DNA of 64,000 bases from Eledone cirrhosa (GCA_964016885.1 OZ024742.1:143530001-143594000), one strand, 5' to 3'. Positions 1 through 13,783 are shown, counted from the stretch's first letter. The notes: generated from the letters alone by a model not told the origin. A program made the numbers and translations.

Positions 1-239
1 CAGGGGCATGTTTTGGTCTTTATTAGACCTCAACAGAAAGTAAAGTCTAAACAGTACTGCCAGATTTTAAAATGACTAGAAAGAATATAGGATTTCAATT
101 GGGAACAGCCTGCTATAAAAAGAGTCCTTAGTAAATAGACTAAAGAAATTTTGTCTCATTTATCTTCATATACAATGATTGTACATATAGTATCTACAGT
201 ACCAATACAGTCTAAAAGTCTAAAGTCTTTCTAGAGAAC

Positions 240-495
240 GGAGGCTCATCAGACCGGTGATTATTCTGGTTTCCTTGGGGTTAAGAGACTGAGAGTAAAA
301 GACTCCCCCACCATTGACAAGATGTCAGTCCATCGTAGGTTTAAACCCACAATTATTGCTGGTACTGATTTTCAGCTGAGTATACTGGAGCAACATGAAA
401 TGAAGTATTTTGCTGAAAGAGACAACACTCTATCCAGTCCAGGAATCGAACCCACGACATTATGATCATAAGTCCAACACCCTTAACATTATAGT
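240..495 (-). mobile_element. SINE family B copy
   Basis: Reverse-complement similarity to 28671-28935 (ggaatcgaaccc, gagcaacatgaaatgaag). Confidence 0.7.
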
Positions 496-1589
496 GTGAA
501 TTATAAATAAATATGTATACGGAGTCATATAAATATATTTGTCGAACATTCATTTATATAATCACGCTGTGAAAATGGTAGACAGAAATCCGTTGATTTC
601 GACGATGAGTATTCTGTTGTTTGATCAACTGACCTACCTACTTTGTAAGTAGACACGTGTACCCATAATACAATCCTTAAGCAGAATCAACACGCCACAA
701 TGTGTGATGACGGACTTCCATATTATAGCCGCCAACTCAACGTCATTTACAAGGCTTAGGTCAATCTGAGGCTACAGAAAAAAAAACTCTTAACAAAGAG
801 CCACACATTGCAATCAAATCCGAGACATTGCGATTGCAAGGCGAACCTTTTAACAATCCGACTATTCTGTATCTGTGTCTGGTTATACCAACTGATATTC
901 TGACATTCTGATATTAAGAAAAAATGAACAGATTAGTATCATATTTCATTTGAGTTTCATCAGGTATCGCTCACTTCTGTCTTTCTTCAACTTGCCAAAG
1001 AAAGTAGGGGAGAGCTTCTTATTAAAAACGTAAATACATACATGAATACATAAAAATATACAAGCATGCATACATACACACATACGAAGGCACATAAATA
1101 CATACATACATACATGCATACATGCATACATACATACATAAATACATACATACATGAATATATACAAATATAAATGCATGCATACATACACATACGAACG
1201 CACATAAATACATATATGTATGCATACACGCATACATACATAAATACATACATACATACATACACACAAACACAGACACATGTATAATAAATAGGTGGTC
1301 AAACACATGTGAACATACATTCACACATGTGTAAACTAAAAAACAAATACATACATAAATACAAACAAACGCAATTGGTTTCTTACCTATATCCCTAACT
1401 ACACAGATACATACTCGCACGCGTGTATATATATACATATATATATATATACCCGTGTCTGAAGGAACCTGCAGCCGTATAATCAGCCAGATCCATACAG
1501 GGACCATGTCTCGAGCTACCTGCCGGCGTAACAATTGTAACACGCAATAAATTGAGTCCAGATGCATCACTGATTTTTCGTTTTCTTTA

Positions 1590-1662
<73 letters not shown>

Positions 1663-1711
1663 TATGTATGTATACGTACATAGATATATGTATACAGACG
1701 TACAGTAGCAC

Positions 1712-1760
<49 letters not shown>

Positions 1761-1910
1761 CAGGTACACATATATATATGTACGTATCAGTTTACCGAAC
1801 ATTTATTATAATGTTCGCTTTGTTCGTTTGTAAACAAACGGACAGCCTGATTTACGCCGTACAGTGTTCAGGCAACCACGTCACCTTTTTGTTCAACACT
1901 GACACAGGAA

Positions 1911-1951
1911 CGATGTACTAGTTTCAAGCTTGTTAGCTATCGTCAGCACCG
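1911..1951 (-). ncRNA. Minimal type I hammerhead ribozyme motif
   Basis: Minus strand reads cggtg CTGACGA t-agct-aaca-agct-t GAAA ctag TA catcg: stem I cggtg/catcg, intact core, palindromic stem III (actagt). Confidence 0.8.
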
Positions 1952-2125
1952 TATACCTTTCTGCCAGATGGTTGAACGTTCGAAAGTATATACTTTCCCT
2001 ATGAAAATTAACGGCTGAGCAGCCTAATTTGCATATCGAGTGAGTTCAGTCGGCCAGGCGCGCCGAAAACGATAAGTAAGTGCCGTAATAAGAGTGAGAA
2101 ATGAAATTTCGTTTCATTCTATTCC

Positions 2126-2162
<37 letters not shown>

Positions 2163-2294
2163 TACGTATATACATATATATACGTATATACATATATATA
2201 CGTATATACATATATATCAAAAGGGATGCAGTAAAAACCTGTTTATACCATTACTGACCAGAGTACTCGCTACTTGGAGTAGTAGAGTATGGCA

Positions 2295-2409
2295 ATATGA
2301 AAGAGCCGGGACCCCGACGGCTGAGCTCTTGCCGTTTCAACAGCTAGTTCCAAACGGTTTGGAACTAGCTGTTGAAACGGCAAGAGCTCAGCCGCCGGTG
2401 TCCCGATTC

Positions 2410-2455
<46 letters not shown>

Positions 2456-2616
2456 GGATATGTGTTCCTTCACGCACAAGGCGCTAAGGGACGCATGTAT
2501 TGTCCAACCAAATGTCAATGTGGTTCAACCTGCCATTGAACCACATTGGCATTTGGTTGGACAATACATGCGTCCCTTAGCGCCTTGTGCGTGAAGGAAC
2601 ACATATCCTATTATTA
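2295..2616. repeat. Two adjacent palindromes (2295-2417 and 2451-2616) separated by (TA)n
   Basis: Self-complementary around caaacggtttg and ttcaacctgccattgaa respectively. Confidence 0.85.
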
Positions 2617-2827
2617 CTACTCTCCTCTACTGTTGAGACAAATTGTGTCGCTCCGACTGCTGCTAGTGATAGCTGTGGCTGGTTTGACCTACCTCCTTCT
2701 GCCTCTATCTTTACTTCGGCCCTTGATAAACCTGTCTCTACATCATCCACTCTCATCCCAGGAACAGTTTTGATAGCGCTAGTTCGTAATTTAAATTCAA
2801 GAATTTTATATTCTTCGAATGAAAAGA

Positions 2828-2910
2828 ACCTTCTGACGAGAATCTTTCTTTGCAACGAAGGCCGTATGGTCTCCGTTTATTTTTGGGATTCGAAACCGAT
2901 CGGTAAAGGT
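2828..2910 (+). ncRNA. Type I hammerhead ribozyme motif with long loop II
   Basis: acctt CTGACGA gaatct...(~40 nt)...ggattc GAAA ccgatcgg TA aaggt: perfect 5-bp stem I, G10.1-C11.1, palindromic stem III. Confidence 0.8.
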
Positions 2911-2977
2911 AACTATAGTAGGTAAAGTCAATTTTTTAAAATTTATTTTGAAACTTTTTCGTTATTTGCTAAACCTT

Positions 2978-3049
<72 letters not shown>

Positions 3050-3299
3050 GTCTGTGTACACCTATGTATGCATAAATCCATACATGTACATATGTGTGTA
3101 GGTTTAAACGGGTTTCAGCACAACTTGCATCAACGAAATTGTATATACACACGCATATACACACACTACATTACAAAAACATATGTTAATGTGCAAATAT
3201 ACACACATAGGAATCTAACACGCTATTGAACGTTTAGGAACAAATAAAATTAAATACACAGAAATAACCAAATGTGTGTTTGTAAATGGTACATATTTG

Positions 3300-3421
<122 letters not shown>

Positions 3422-3612
3422 TGTATATATATATATATGTATATGTATAGGCTAACACATATCCTCATACTTTACACAACATTATACATATGTTAGGTAG
3501 AAGCATACAAATTCTATGTACACAAATGTGTTACGTCTACAAACATATACTTACTCATACTTTACACACACAAAGATATATGGATGTACACACACACACA
3601 CACACACATATC

Positions 3613-3650
<38 letters not shown>

Positions 3651-3771
3651 CATATGCACAAACATACATACATAAATACATACACATGCATACATGTATA
3701 TATGTGTGTGTATAAGTGTGTGTGCACGTATGTACGTATGTACGTATATATATATATATATATATATGTAA

Positions 3772-3824
<53 letters not shown>

Positions 3825-3982
3825 GTATATACGGATACACACATATATACATATATATATGTATATATATATATATATATACATATGTATATGTATATAT
3901 GTGTGTGTACGTATATACATATGTATATATATATATATATATACATATGTATATGTATATATGTGTGTGTACGTGTGCATAC

Positions 3983-4058
<76 letters not shown>

Positions 4059-4727
4059 GTATATATAATAGATAGAAACACACAAGTTCTACGTAATGGA
4101 GCAGATCAGTGAGGATCGCAGCTATTCCTCTCAGTTTTCGGCGCCATTATCTATGCTTGATAACAGACGATCTAAGCAACGCCTAAGTCAGCCAAGTGTT
4201 AAAAGGTTAATTATTTATAGTGATCAGTTCTCATTAATTTTATTAACTGATTCTCAACTTAGACAGCCACCTAATTTTAAAATCAAATATTCACATATCC
4301 GAACGCTTTCCTTCACATGTCATTGAATTTTTTCATTTTCGTTGTTTTTTTTACTTTCCTTATCTATTTTTTTTTTTGTTTCTTTATCTTTGTGTTCTTC
4401 ACAATCAATTATTAGGCTACATTTAATTTTTTTTATCACGTTTTTCAGACTAGCAGGAATAAATGATTTCTAATAAAATAAAGGCATATATGAAAGCATA
4501 TACAGTAAGTACACTTATGTATAATAAGTTTCGTTGTGAGTAATTAAAACTGTGATCATGTCACAATTAACTTTGTAGCTGTGTGAGAAACGCCAATAAT
4601 AAGCATTTCAATATGTTCATCCATCTTTAGTGACGTTTATTGACTTGGAATTGAGGTAAAATAAACTGCGGAATCAGCGGAAATGTGCGGAACTCAGAGT
4701 AGCAACAGAGAGTAATCTCATCAATGT

Positions 4728-4950
4728 AATTGTTTCTACTTTTGGCACAAGGCCAGCAAAGACCCAGTGTATTACTGGTACTTTATTTTATCGACCCACG
4801 GAAGGATAAAAGGCAAAGTTAACCTCGATGGGATTTGAACTCAGAATGTAAAGAGCCATAGCTCTATGCTGCAAAGCATGATGCAAATGGTGCAACTCTA
4901 TTCTACAAAGCATGGTGTCTGACGCTCTACCGATACTGCCAATCCACCGA
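4728..4950 (-). mobile_element. SINE family A copy (partial second copy at 5088-5187)
   Basis: aattgtttctacttttggcacaaggccagc...ctgccaatccaccg. Confidence 0.8.
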
Positions 4951-4996
4951 AAACATTCTTTATTTTGTAAACGTAAACATGCGGATATGTACGTAC

Positions 4997-5027
<31 letters not shown>

Positions 5028-5410
5028 TGTATGTATGTATGTATGTATGTATGTATGTATGTATAGGCATTGCATGATAGAATTAATTAATTGTTTCTAC
5101 TTTAGGCACAAGGCCAGCAATTACCCAGTGCATTACTGGTACTTTATTTTATCGACCCCGTAAGGATGAAAGGCAAAGTCAACCTCGTTAATAATTATTA
5201 ATAATGGTATATCGTGCTATAGCTATACTCGATAACGAGGGGGCAGCCATCATGTATGTATGTATGTATGTATGTATGTATGTATGTATGTATGTATGTA
5301 TGTATGTATGTATGTATGTATGTATGTATGTATGTGTGTATGTGTGTATGTGTGTATGCGTGTATGTATGTATGCAAGCATGCATGTATGTATGTATATA
5401 TGTATGTATG

Positions 5411-5537
5411 TTCTCTCTTTCTAATAATTTTCAGTTTATTTTTTGACAGGCCACCGTCCCAGTGGCAAGGTAATAAAGAAAAGGAAATTGTCGTCGTCTT
5501 TTGTGTAAAGGTTCATCATTTGAATCGTAAGAATGTT
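5411..5537 (-). mobile_element. Very short 3' stub of the same R4/Dong-like family
   Basis: Similar to 15099-15200 (ttttgac-ggccacc-tcc--gtggcaagg-...-aaattgtc). Flanked by (ATGT)n on both sides. Confidence 0.65.
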
Positions 5538-5606
5538 GTATGTATGTATGTATGTATGTATGTATGTATGTATGTATGTATGTATGTATGTATGTATGTA
5601 TGTATG

Positions 5607-6147
5607 TTATGTCGGGTCACTCTTGAGTGCTACTGGTAACTTGTAACCCAGTACAACTTGTCGCATGGTCGGGGCGTCGGCGACTAAACCGGTAACCTCA
5701 CCAAGTTTACGTCGTGAGGAGGGTGATTTTGGACACCCTGCGGGACAAAAAACAAAACCTGACAAAGAGCGGAAGAACTCATAAGAGTTAACGGCCATCC
5801 GAAAGTGTGTAAATATGTATATACACATGTACCGCGTGGTTAAACCACTGGGAGTGAAGGACCCCTAGCCTTTGTCAGGGCATTCTTCTAGGAGAAGGCA
5901 ACTCAGGAAACTGGGATAACTCCGATATAAAACCTCCCGCTCAGTAGTTACCGATGATGTTGATCTTTTCTTCTTTTCGAATTATAGCTACTGTCGCTTA
6001 GAGAGTGGGATTGGCACAATGCACAGTCTTTCCTCACTTTAAAAAATATCTTCACGCACAGGCATTGCACGATAGAATTAATTAATAATTATTAATAATG
6101 GTATATCATGCAATGGCCATACTCGATAACGAGGGGGCAGCCATCAT
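5607..6147 (+). mobile_element. Related subfamily of the (ATGT)n-embedded retroposon
   Basis: Shares ggcgactaaac, gaggagggtga-tttggaca, tagcctttgtcagggca and ggagaagg, and the end ctcgataacgagggggcagccatc. A 3' stub also lies at 5188-5252. Confidence 0.7.
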
Positions 6148-6432
6148 ATATCTATGTATGTATGTATGTTCTTCTGGTTTTATAATTTCACAAATTTTTT
6201 CCCAATAAAGAGAGAGTCGGTTTCTAACATAGACACAAAACTCTCTCGTTGGAATTTACACAACATCATGTGTAGATATGGATGTTATTGTATGTGTGGA
6301 TGTGTATGTTTTGAGTTGTATGTGTGCATGTGTATATGCTTTGTATCTGTACATGTGTATATGCAGTTATTAGATGCAAAACGTTTGGAATGTTTTACAT
6401 ATTTTTACTGGATTGTACTTGTAATTTCCTAA

Positions 6433-8690
6433 CTAGTTGTGTTCTTTCTGTTCCTTCTCAAGATTTGTATTGAGGCAGTTACTAACATACCCCAGTACCC
6501 CAATAATCACAGGCATAAATCTGATGGTGTAATCAGGGTGGAGTATCTGCAGATTTCTTATCAGTTCTGTATAAATATTCTTCTTTTCACTAATCTTTGA
6601 TATTATATTGGCATCTGCTGGGAAGCTAATTTCCACTACTGTGCATGCTTTCTTCTCCCTGTCCCATATCATAATATCTGGTATGTTATGCCTGAATTTT
6701 ATTGGGGTTTTTACTGGAACATTCCACCAGTAGTCTTTCATATTATGTACGTGGATGTCTTCCACATTGCTGTAGCTTTTAATGTGTTTATTATCGGGGC
6801 TATCTTTTTTACGACCTGCATCATGCCTCATAGGTAGATAGTACCGCGATGACATCTTTGGACAGCTGCTTATGACATGGGTGATATCCTCGATGTTAGT
6901 TCTGCAGAGTTATCACATCTAGGTGTTTTGCCTTCATCCCTATCTCTTTTGTAAAACAGGTATTTCGTATTAATCTCCTGTTCTTGGATTGCAAAAGCGT
7001 ATCCTTCAAAGTGGGAGCCAATATAGCGGTTGTTGGTCCAAGATAGACTACTTTGCTTATCTATATTACTCTCACTCTGGAGCTTCCTTGCAACATATCC
7101 ATGCACGATTTTTTGACGATAAACATGCAGCTTTTCATCCATGGATTCACTGCAATACTGCTGAGCGACTTCCCTGGGTGTGAGTTTTTGATTATCACAC
7201 AGGGAATATCTCTCGAGGAGTTCCTTCCCAACTCTCATGATCTTATCTGTTTCATGCAGATAGACTTGCTCGAGAAACGGGCTTCTACTCTTCGAGGTTC
7301 GTAGATGTGTCGGAGAGATATGATGCGACATTCAAATGCTGTCTGGACTGATGTTAGGCCTCTGCCTCCCTGCTTACGTTTCAAGTAAATGCGGTCTATG
7401 TCACTGTTGATGTGGAAGTTTCCGGTATTGTTTAGTATTTTTCGAGTTCCAACATCAACTGTCCGGATTTCGTCTATCGTCCAATTGAGTATTCCAAACG
7501 TTGGTGTTAGGACAGGCACAGCAAACACATTGCGAGCCACTGTTTTGTTTTGCGCAGAGAGTTCCGATGACCAAATCTTTCTTAATCGGGTGTAGTATTC
7601 CCTGGTTACTCGTTCCTTATTACAGGTACCATTATAGGACATGTTCTCATCTATCCCCAGGTATCTGTAGCAGTCCTCATCTGGTATCGGTGAAACAGTT
7701 AGGCCATTGATGACAATGTTGCTAGATTGGGTTGCTGTTTTACCCCGCTTTACAGTTATGTATGAGCATTTATCTTGGCCAAACTCCATTCCTATATCCT
7801 TTGAGAACGTTGTAACCAGGTCAAGGTTTTTCTTCATCCCATCCATGTTGTTGGCATAGAGTTTCAGATCGTCCACAAAGAGATTATGGGTTAGGTTCGT
7901 ATTTCTGTCCTCCTGTGAGCCAATGATGTATCCCTCACATTTCTTGAGCAGAAAGGACAAGGGGTTTAATGACAAGATGAATAATATCACAGAGAGACTG
8001 TACCCCTGAAATATACCCCGGCGATATTTTATTTTATCAGTGAAAATAGAGTCTTCCATCTCTGTCTTTAACCTTAGGATAGTAGCCCTAGAAGAAGACA
8101 GCTTCTCTATGGCTCTGACAATAATGTCTGGGACTTTAGCAAGCTGGAGGGCCTCTATCATCCAAGAGTGGGGAACAGAATCGAAAGCTTTCCTGTAGTC
8201 CAGCCAGACTGTAGTCATATTCCTCCTAAGTTGTCGCACCTCCGACATCGCAGTTTTGTTGATTAGGAGTTGTTCAGCACATCCCCAAACTCCTTTCTTT
8301 CCAGCTGCTTGTTCATCTGTGATGATGTTATTATTTTCACAGTGATCTTGGGGGAATAGGTTCAGGCAGGCTGTATACATCTTATACATCAGGTTCTGGC
8401 ATGCAATGGGTCGGTAGTTTTTTGCCAAGTGGTTGTCTTTGTTTTTGGGGACCAGTAATGTTTGTGCTAATGTCAACCATTCTGGTATAAGTGTATCTCC
8501 CTTAAGAACTTGTTGGTAGAGGTCAGTAAGATACCTCCGGCAGAATATCAGTTTTTGTACCAGTAGCCGACAATCATGTCTCTTCCTGGTGTTTTCTTAT
8601 CTTGGAGTTTTCCTATCACAGTCTCAAGGGTACCCTCACTTATTTCGTATGTTTTTGTTGTAGTGTAGGAGCAATACTTCTTTCGGATTT
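6433..8690 (-). mobile_element. Non-LTR retrotransposon with restriction-like endonuclease (R4/Dong-like), 5'-truncated and frameshifted
   Basis: ORF 7235-8476 has NYRPIAC, WLDYRKAFDSVPH, RGIFQG, LFVDDLKLY, YRYLG, GGRGL. Downstream are RHD and PDIMIWD...VVEIS motifs (6433-6855). Confidence 0.9.
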
Positions 8691-8691
8691 C

Positions 8692-8722
<31 letters not shown>

Positions 8723-8826
8723 TGTATGTATGTATGTATGTATGTATGTATGTATGTATGTATGTATGTATGTATGTATGTATATATGCATGTATGTATA
8801 TAAGTATTGTATGTATTTTTTATTTT

Positions 8827-9796
8827 ATACTATCAGTGGTACCCGACATTGCACGGGATAAGGTATTTTGGAACGCGGGCCGCCAACAGACCTAATCGTG
8901 GAAAAACTGCATGCCTGGACAATATGTAAAGAAAATAAACCGAATACTCTGATGGCTGAATAATCTTTAAGATTTTACTCGATGAAGCAGGAAAAATGCA
9001 GGTTTTCACCTAATGCGGGTCCTAGAGGATCAAGAAGAGGAATTTTTTATGTGCATAACATGCCTTGAAATTTCGGGAAAATCGGCTAGACGTAACGCAT
9101 CCAAAAAGCCCTAAAAAGCTGAAAAAATGAAGTTTTTCACCTAATGCGGGCCCTAGGCCATAAAAAAGTTGGATTTTCTTTGCTCACGGTATGAAGAAGA
9201 GACTGACTAATACATAGTTACAATTTCAAGGAAATCGGTCTGACGTAACGCCTCAAAAAACCCCTAAAAAGCTTTTAAAACGCAGTTTTTCACCTAAGTT
9301 GAATTTTCTAGGAGATCAAAAAGTTGAATTTTATGTGCATAACACTCCCTGAAACATAAGTAATACGCATGTAAAGTTTAAAAAAAATCGGTTGGGTACT
9401 TCTCGAGTTTTAGGAATTCAAACTCACAGACTCACACACACACACACACAGACATCCTCAGGCAAGTGACGTAATGCAGACAGCCAGACATACAGTCAGA
9501 TATTATAAGGGCGCGACGTTATATGTATGTATCTATATAAAAAGAGAAAGACTAAGAATTATAGGGATAGATCGCTAAATCGCCTAATGCGGTCCCTAGG
9601 GCATTGAACATTTGAAATTTCTTTTGCTCAGAACACTCCCTGAAACATAAGTATTACATGTGTAAAGTCTGAAAACAGTCGGTTGGGTGCTTCTCAAGTT
9701 TTAGGGATTCAAACTCACACACACACAGACAGACATCCTTAGTTTTATATATATAGACTAGCAGAAAACCACCCGGTGGGCGGTTTTCTGCTAGCA
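8827..9796 (+). mobile_element. Putative non-autonomous Helitron/HINE-like element with internal tandem repeats
   Basis: Start tacta..tacccgacattgcacggg hairpin, three or four internal ~130-170-bp repeats (tttcacctaatgcggg-cctag), end acagacagac..ttttatatatataga followed by the hairpin ctagcagaaaacc..ggttttctgctag. Confidence 0.45.
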
Positions 9797-10310
9797 AATC
9801 TAGTGTATATACTGATATTGTTGAGATTTGGATGAGAAATGTTTTCGGCACCACATGTTCACCGTCTCTCGGTGTGTCTTATATGCATGTATAAATATAT
9901 ATGTTATCTATACGGTGAAATCTTTGAAATAAATATATGTTAAAACGAAAAAGGAGAAAAAGAGATTAGTGACGGAAATATAAACGTTATGATACATAAA
10001 CGTTATGATATAACGATGGAAATATATCTTCAAATGGTCCTTGGCATAGTGTTAAGTCAGAACCGCCTCGAACTGGTTACTTCTGGCTTGTGCAAGGTGT
10101 CTCTATAGCAACCAGCGATTCCCTCGGCCTCAGTGACCAAAGTCAGTGGAGAGGGGAAGGTAATGTTTCTATAGCGACAGTGTTTCTCTTGGTAGTACCA
10201 AAGTGGAGAAAGGAAGGGGAAGGTAATATTTCTGTAGCACCTACATTTGGGTTTTAGGGAAGGACAGACAGACAGACAGACAGACAAACAGAGAAATGCC
10301 CATATATTTC

Positions 10311-10357
<47 letters not shown>

Positions 10358-10663
10358 CACACACAGAAATCTATATATATTTCTGTGTGTGTATATATAT
10401 ATATATATATTACACACACAGAAATGTATATATATTTCTGTGTGTATATATATATATATTACACACATAGAAATGTATATATATTTCTGTGTGTATATAT
10501 ATATATATATATATTACACACACAGAAATGTATATATATTTCTTAGAACAAAATTATTATTAATGTTTTGCTGTTCATAACAATTGGAATTGAAAAATTA
10601 CTTTTGAAATTATTAGTTATTTTACTAATGCTTAGATATGTAAAAATGAAGCAATGTTTCTAA

Positions 10664-10853
10664 TAATTGTTTCTACTTTTGGCACAAGGCCAGCAATTAA
10701 CCAGTACATTACTGGTACTTTATTTTATCGACCCCGTGAGGATGAAACGCAAAGTTAACCTCGCCGGTATTTGAACTCAGACCGTAAAGGGACGTAACTC
10801 CATTCTATGAAGCATGGTGTCCGACTCTCTACAGATTCTGCCAATCCACCGCC
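10664..10853 (-). mobile_element. SINE family A copy
   Basis: Same consensus as 55268-55459. Confidence 0.8.
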
Positions 10854-11159
10854 CTAATGTCTGTACGTAATGAGGGAGTGAGAGGGGAGAGAAAGAAAGG
10901 CAGAGGTGAAGTGACGAAATGACTCTCTCCTCCTTCTCCTCCTCCTCCATCTCCCCATTCGTCACAGCGATAGAGGGGAGGAATGTTAGTGTGTTACAAA
11001 GAGAAAGAGTGAGAGTGAGAGAAACAGACAGACTAAAAGAGAGGGATAGCTGGAGAGAGAGAGAGATAGCAACCACGCGCGCACGTGTTTCCACTGTCGC
11101 ACAGACAGAGAAATTGCTGGTTATATATTATAAGGAGATAGTGTGTAGACGTGTGCGCG

Positions 11160-12497
11160 GAAACATGAAATACCTGGGTTGACGTCTAGACGCGCAGACA
11201 GCACGATGTTCCAGCAAAAGGATAAGTTCAAGACAACATGGATGCACTGTGGGTCGAAAGTGGCATCTGATCGACTATGTTTTTGTGAATAAACGTGACA
11301 TACAGGATATCAAGCATCTGCATGTTCTACGTGACGTGACAGCGATCTTTTTGCGCACTCACAAAGTGACATGCAGCATATTATGAACTCTTTTTCTGAA
11401 GCTTGCAGTGCTTTGGGTCTCACAGTAAGCTTGGAAAAGACTGTTGTGATGTACCAGCCAGCACCTGAGAAAGATTACACTACACCAAGTGTGTATGTGT
11501 ACGGAAAGTTGCTGACAAGTTTGTTTACCTTGGTGGTACGTTGAACAATTCATGCACACTTGATGATGAGATATCCTTAAGAATCAAGAAAGCCAGTGAT
11601 GCTTTCAGACGGTTGAATGTACGTTTGTGGTCCAGACGAGGTATCACTATTGAAACCAAGGTAAAAGTCTATCTGACCTGTGTTGTCTCCTCTTTGCATT
11701 ATGCTTGTGAAACGTGTACAGAAAACACCTCAAGAAACTGGAGAGTTTCACTAACAATCTCTTCGTAAGTTACGTGGGGTGCGATAGAAAATGTTCGTCA
11801 GTGATTTGGAAGTTCCCGAATGGAGCAGGTGCATGAGTATAGAGACCATGATCTTTCGGCATTGGTTGAGGTGGTGCGGTCACGTGGTCCGGATGTCTGA
11901 TGATCGTATTTCAAAGCAACTTCTCTATGGTGAACTGTGCGAAGGAAGGCGACCACCACACAAACCAAAAATGCCGTACCGGGATTGTGTCAGGGGAACC
12001 TTGGCTTGCGCTGGAATTTCATCTGACGAATTGGAGAAAATGGCTGAGGGGCGAGTGAAGTGGAGACTTTTGAGAAAGTCAGGAAGTGAACACTTTGAAA
12101 CTCGAAGAGAACACCTAACACTGAAAAGGAAGGTGGGGAAAAGGAACTGTTCTGAACTGCTTGCTGTTGAGTAACATCTGGTTTGCCAGCACTATGGTCG
12201 AGTCTGCCTGAGCAAAGCTGGTTTGATTAGACATTAACAAAGTCATATCAGTAGACCTCATGTAGATTATGATCTGAAAAGGTGTAAATAATGTGCAAGC
12301 ATGGGAGGTATTAAAAAGACAAATAAAAACACACCGTCAGAACAAAGCAATGGAAAGTCCCAGAGGAGCATATAGTTGCCATGTATGTGTCAGAGGGTGC
12401 AAGTCTTTGGCTGGTGTAACGAGCACATTCGTGTCTCACATTTTTGAGCATTTTATTAGGCGAAGGAAGTTCTCGAACACATGTTTGCGGCCATCAT
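11160..12497 (+). mobile_element. Degenerate, internally deleted RTE-type LINE with C-terminal C2H2-like fingers and (ATGT)n tail
   Basis: WHLIDYV (end of the APE domain), FGLTVSLEKT, DDEISLRIKKAS, LRWCGHVVRM..RISKQLLYGEL, CHVCVRGCKSLAG. Confidence 0.75.
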
Positions 12498-13783
12498 GTA
12501 TGTAAATATGTATGTATGTATTATGTGTGTATGTGTGTGTATGTATGCATGCGTGTGTGTATGTATGTGTCTGTGTTATGCATGTCTGTCTGTCTGTATG
12601 TATGTATTTATGTGTATATAATTCTGTTCATGTGTGCTGAAATTAGATACCAAAACAGGAAGCATTCCTTTGTAGAATAGCATAGGGAAGCAATAATTGA
12701 CTTTTTAGTGAGCCTGTTCCTTTTTTTCAATTTCAAAGGCCTGGATATAGTTAAGTTATCTTGCACTTTAGCGACGGTACTTATTCTTTGTTTTTACTAA
12801 CATAAATAACTAATGCTTCTATTTGGACTCGGCTCAACAAGAACCCTGCGACTTTCCTACCACAATGAGATAAATAGATAATAGACATACAACAAAGAGG
12901 TATGTACGACTCGGCTCAAATTTTATCCAGCTTATTATCTTTCTTAGTTCTCTTCATTAAAAACCATGTCCAGCTGTTGCGAAACAATGCTACTGGTTTC
13001 GGATTTACTTCTAACGTGAAACTAGTATGGTTCCTATATCCGCAATAGCCTTTTATCATTAAAAAGCCGCCGCCCCTGAGTGAATAATCGTACTTGGGTG
13101 GGTAATCATACTAGAGTGTGTAATTGTAGTTGAGTGAGCAATTGTACTCAAATATATTTGATAGTATTAAATAGAATAACCGAAATATTCTGCAAATATT
13201 TTCTGCCCAATAAAACCTTCAAGCATGAAATTAACCTAACCATTTGGAAGTACTCTAATTACCCTTCTGATATTAAAATTACATAAATTGTACAAAATAT
13301 GTTTATCAATGATGATGTTGAAAGATTACTAACTGTGGAATTGATATATCTTCCATGGTGACACAGGATTGACCAAATTAATTGCAGACACCAAATGCTT
13401 CAAATTACAATACTTATATTTCATGGAATTTACATTTTTAAGTTTCACACAATCATGTATATATCTGACATAACTGCGTGATTCAGAAGTTCATCTCGCA
13501 ACCACGTAGTTATGGGTTCGATTCAATTGAGCAGCAGCCAGGACACGAATTTTCTACTGTAGTCTTATGTCGAGTAAACAATGCAATTTAGTAGATCGAA
13601 ACCAAAGATATATATAAAAACTAAAGAAAATACAACAGTTTATTTACCTAGGGACAATAATTAATAATGATCAAGCCCAGAAATATTTAGAAGGACCAGG
13701 CATCAACAATGACAGCAGAACGAAACTGAAGCCATTGTGGAGACAAAAACATGAGTATGTATTATATGTATGTATGTATGTAT

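Noticed and set aside
5-40. Hammerhead-like ctgttga ggtct..agacc aaaa catg on the minus strand
   Set aside because: Both core segments are mutated. Counted only as a decayed relic, as are 3103-3135, 18698-18740, 24332-24390, 52876-52942 and 61333-61362.
5607-5700. Possible HDV-like or twister ribozyme at the 5' end of the (ATGT)n retroposon and at the RTE 5' UTR (59578-59760)
   Set aside because: Could not assemble the required pseudoknots by eye. Needs a covariance-model search.
8990-9745. Regularly spaced repeats resembling a CRISPR array
   Set aside because: Long degenerate tandem units without unique spacers, eukaryotic context, and no cas genes.
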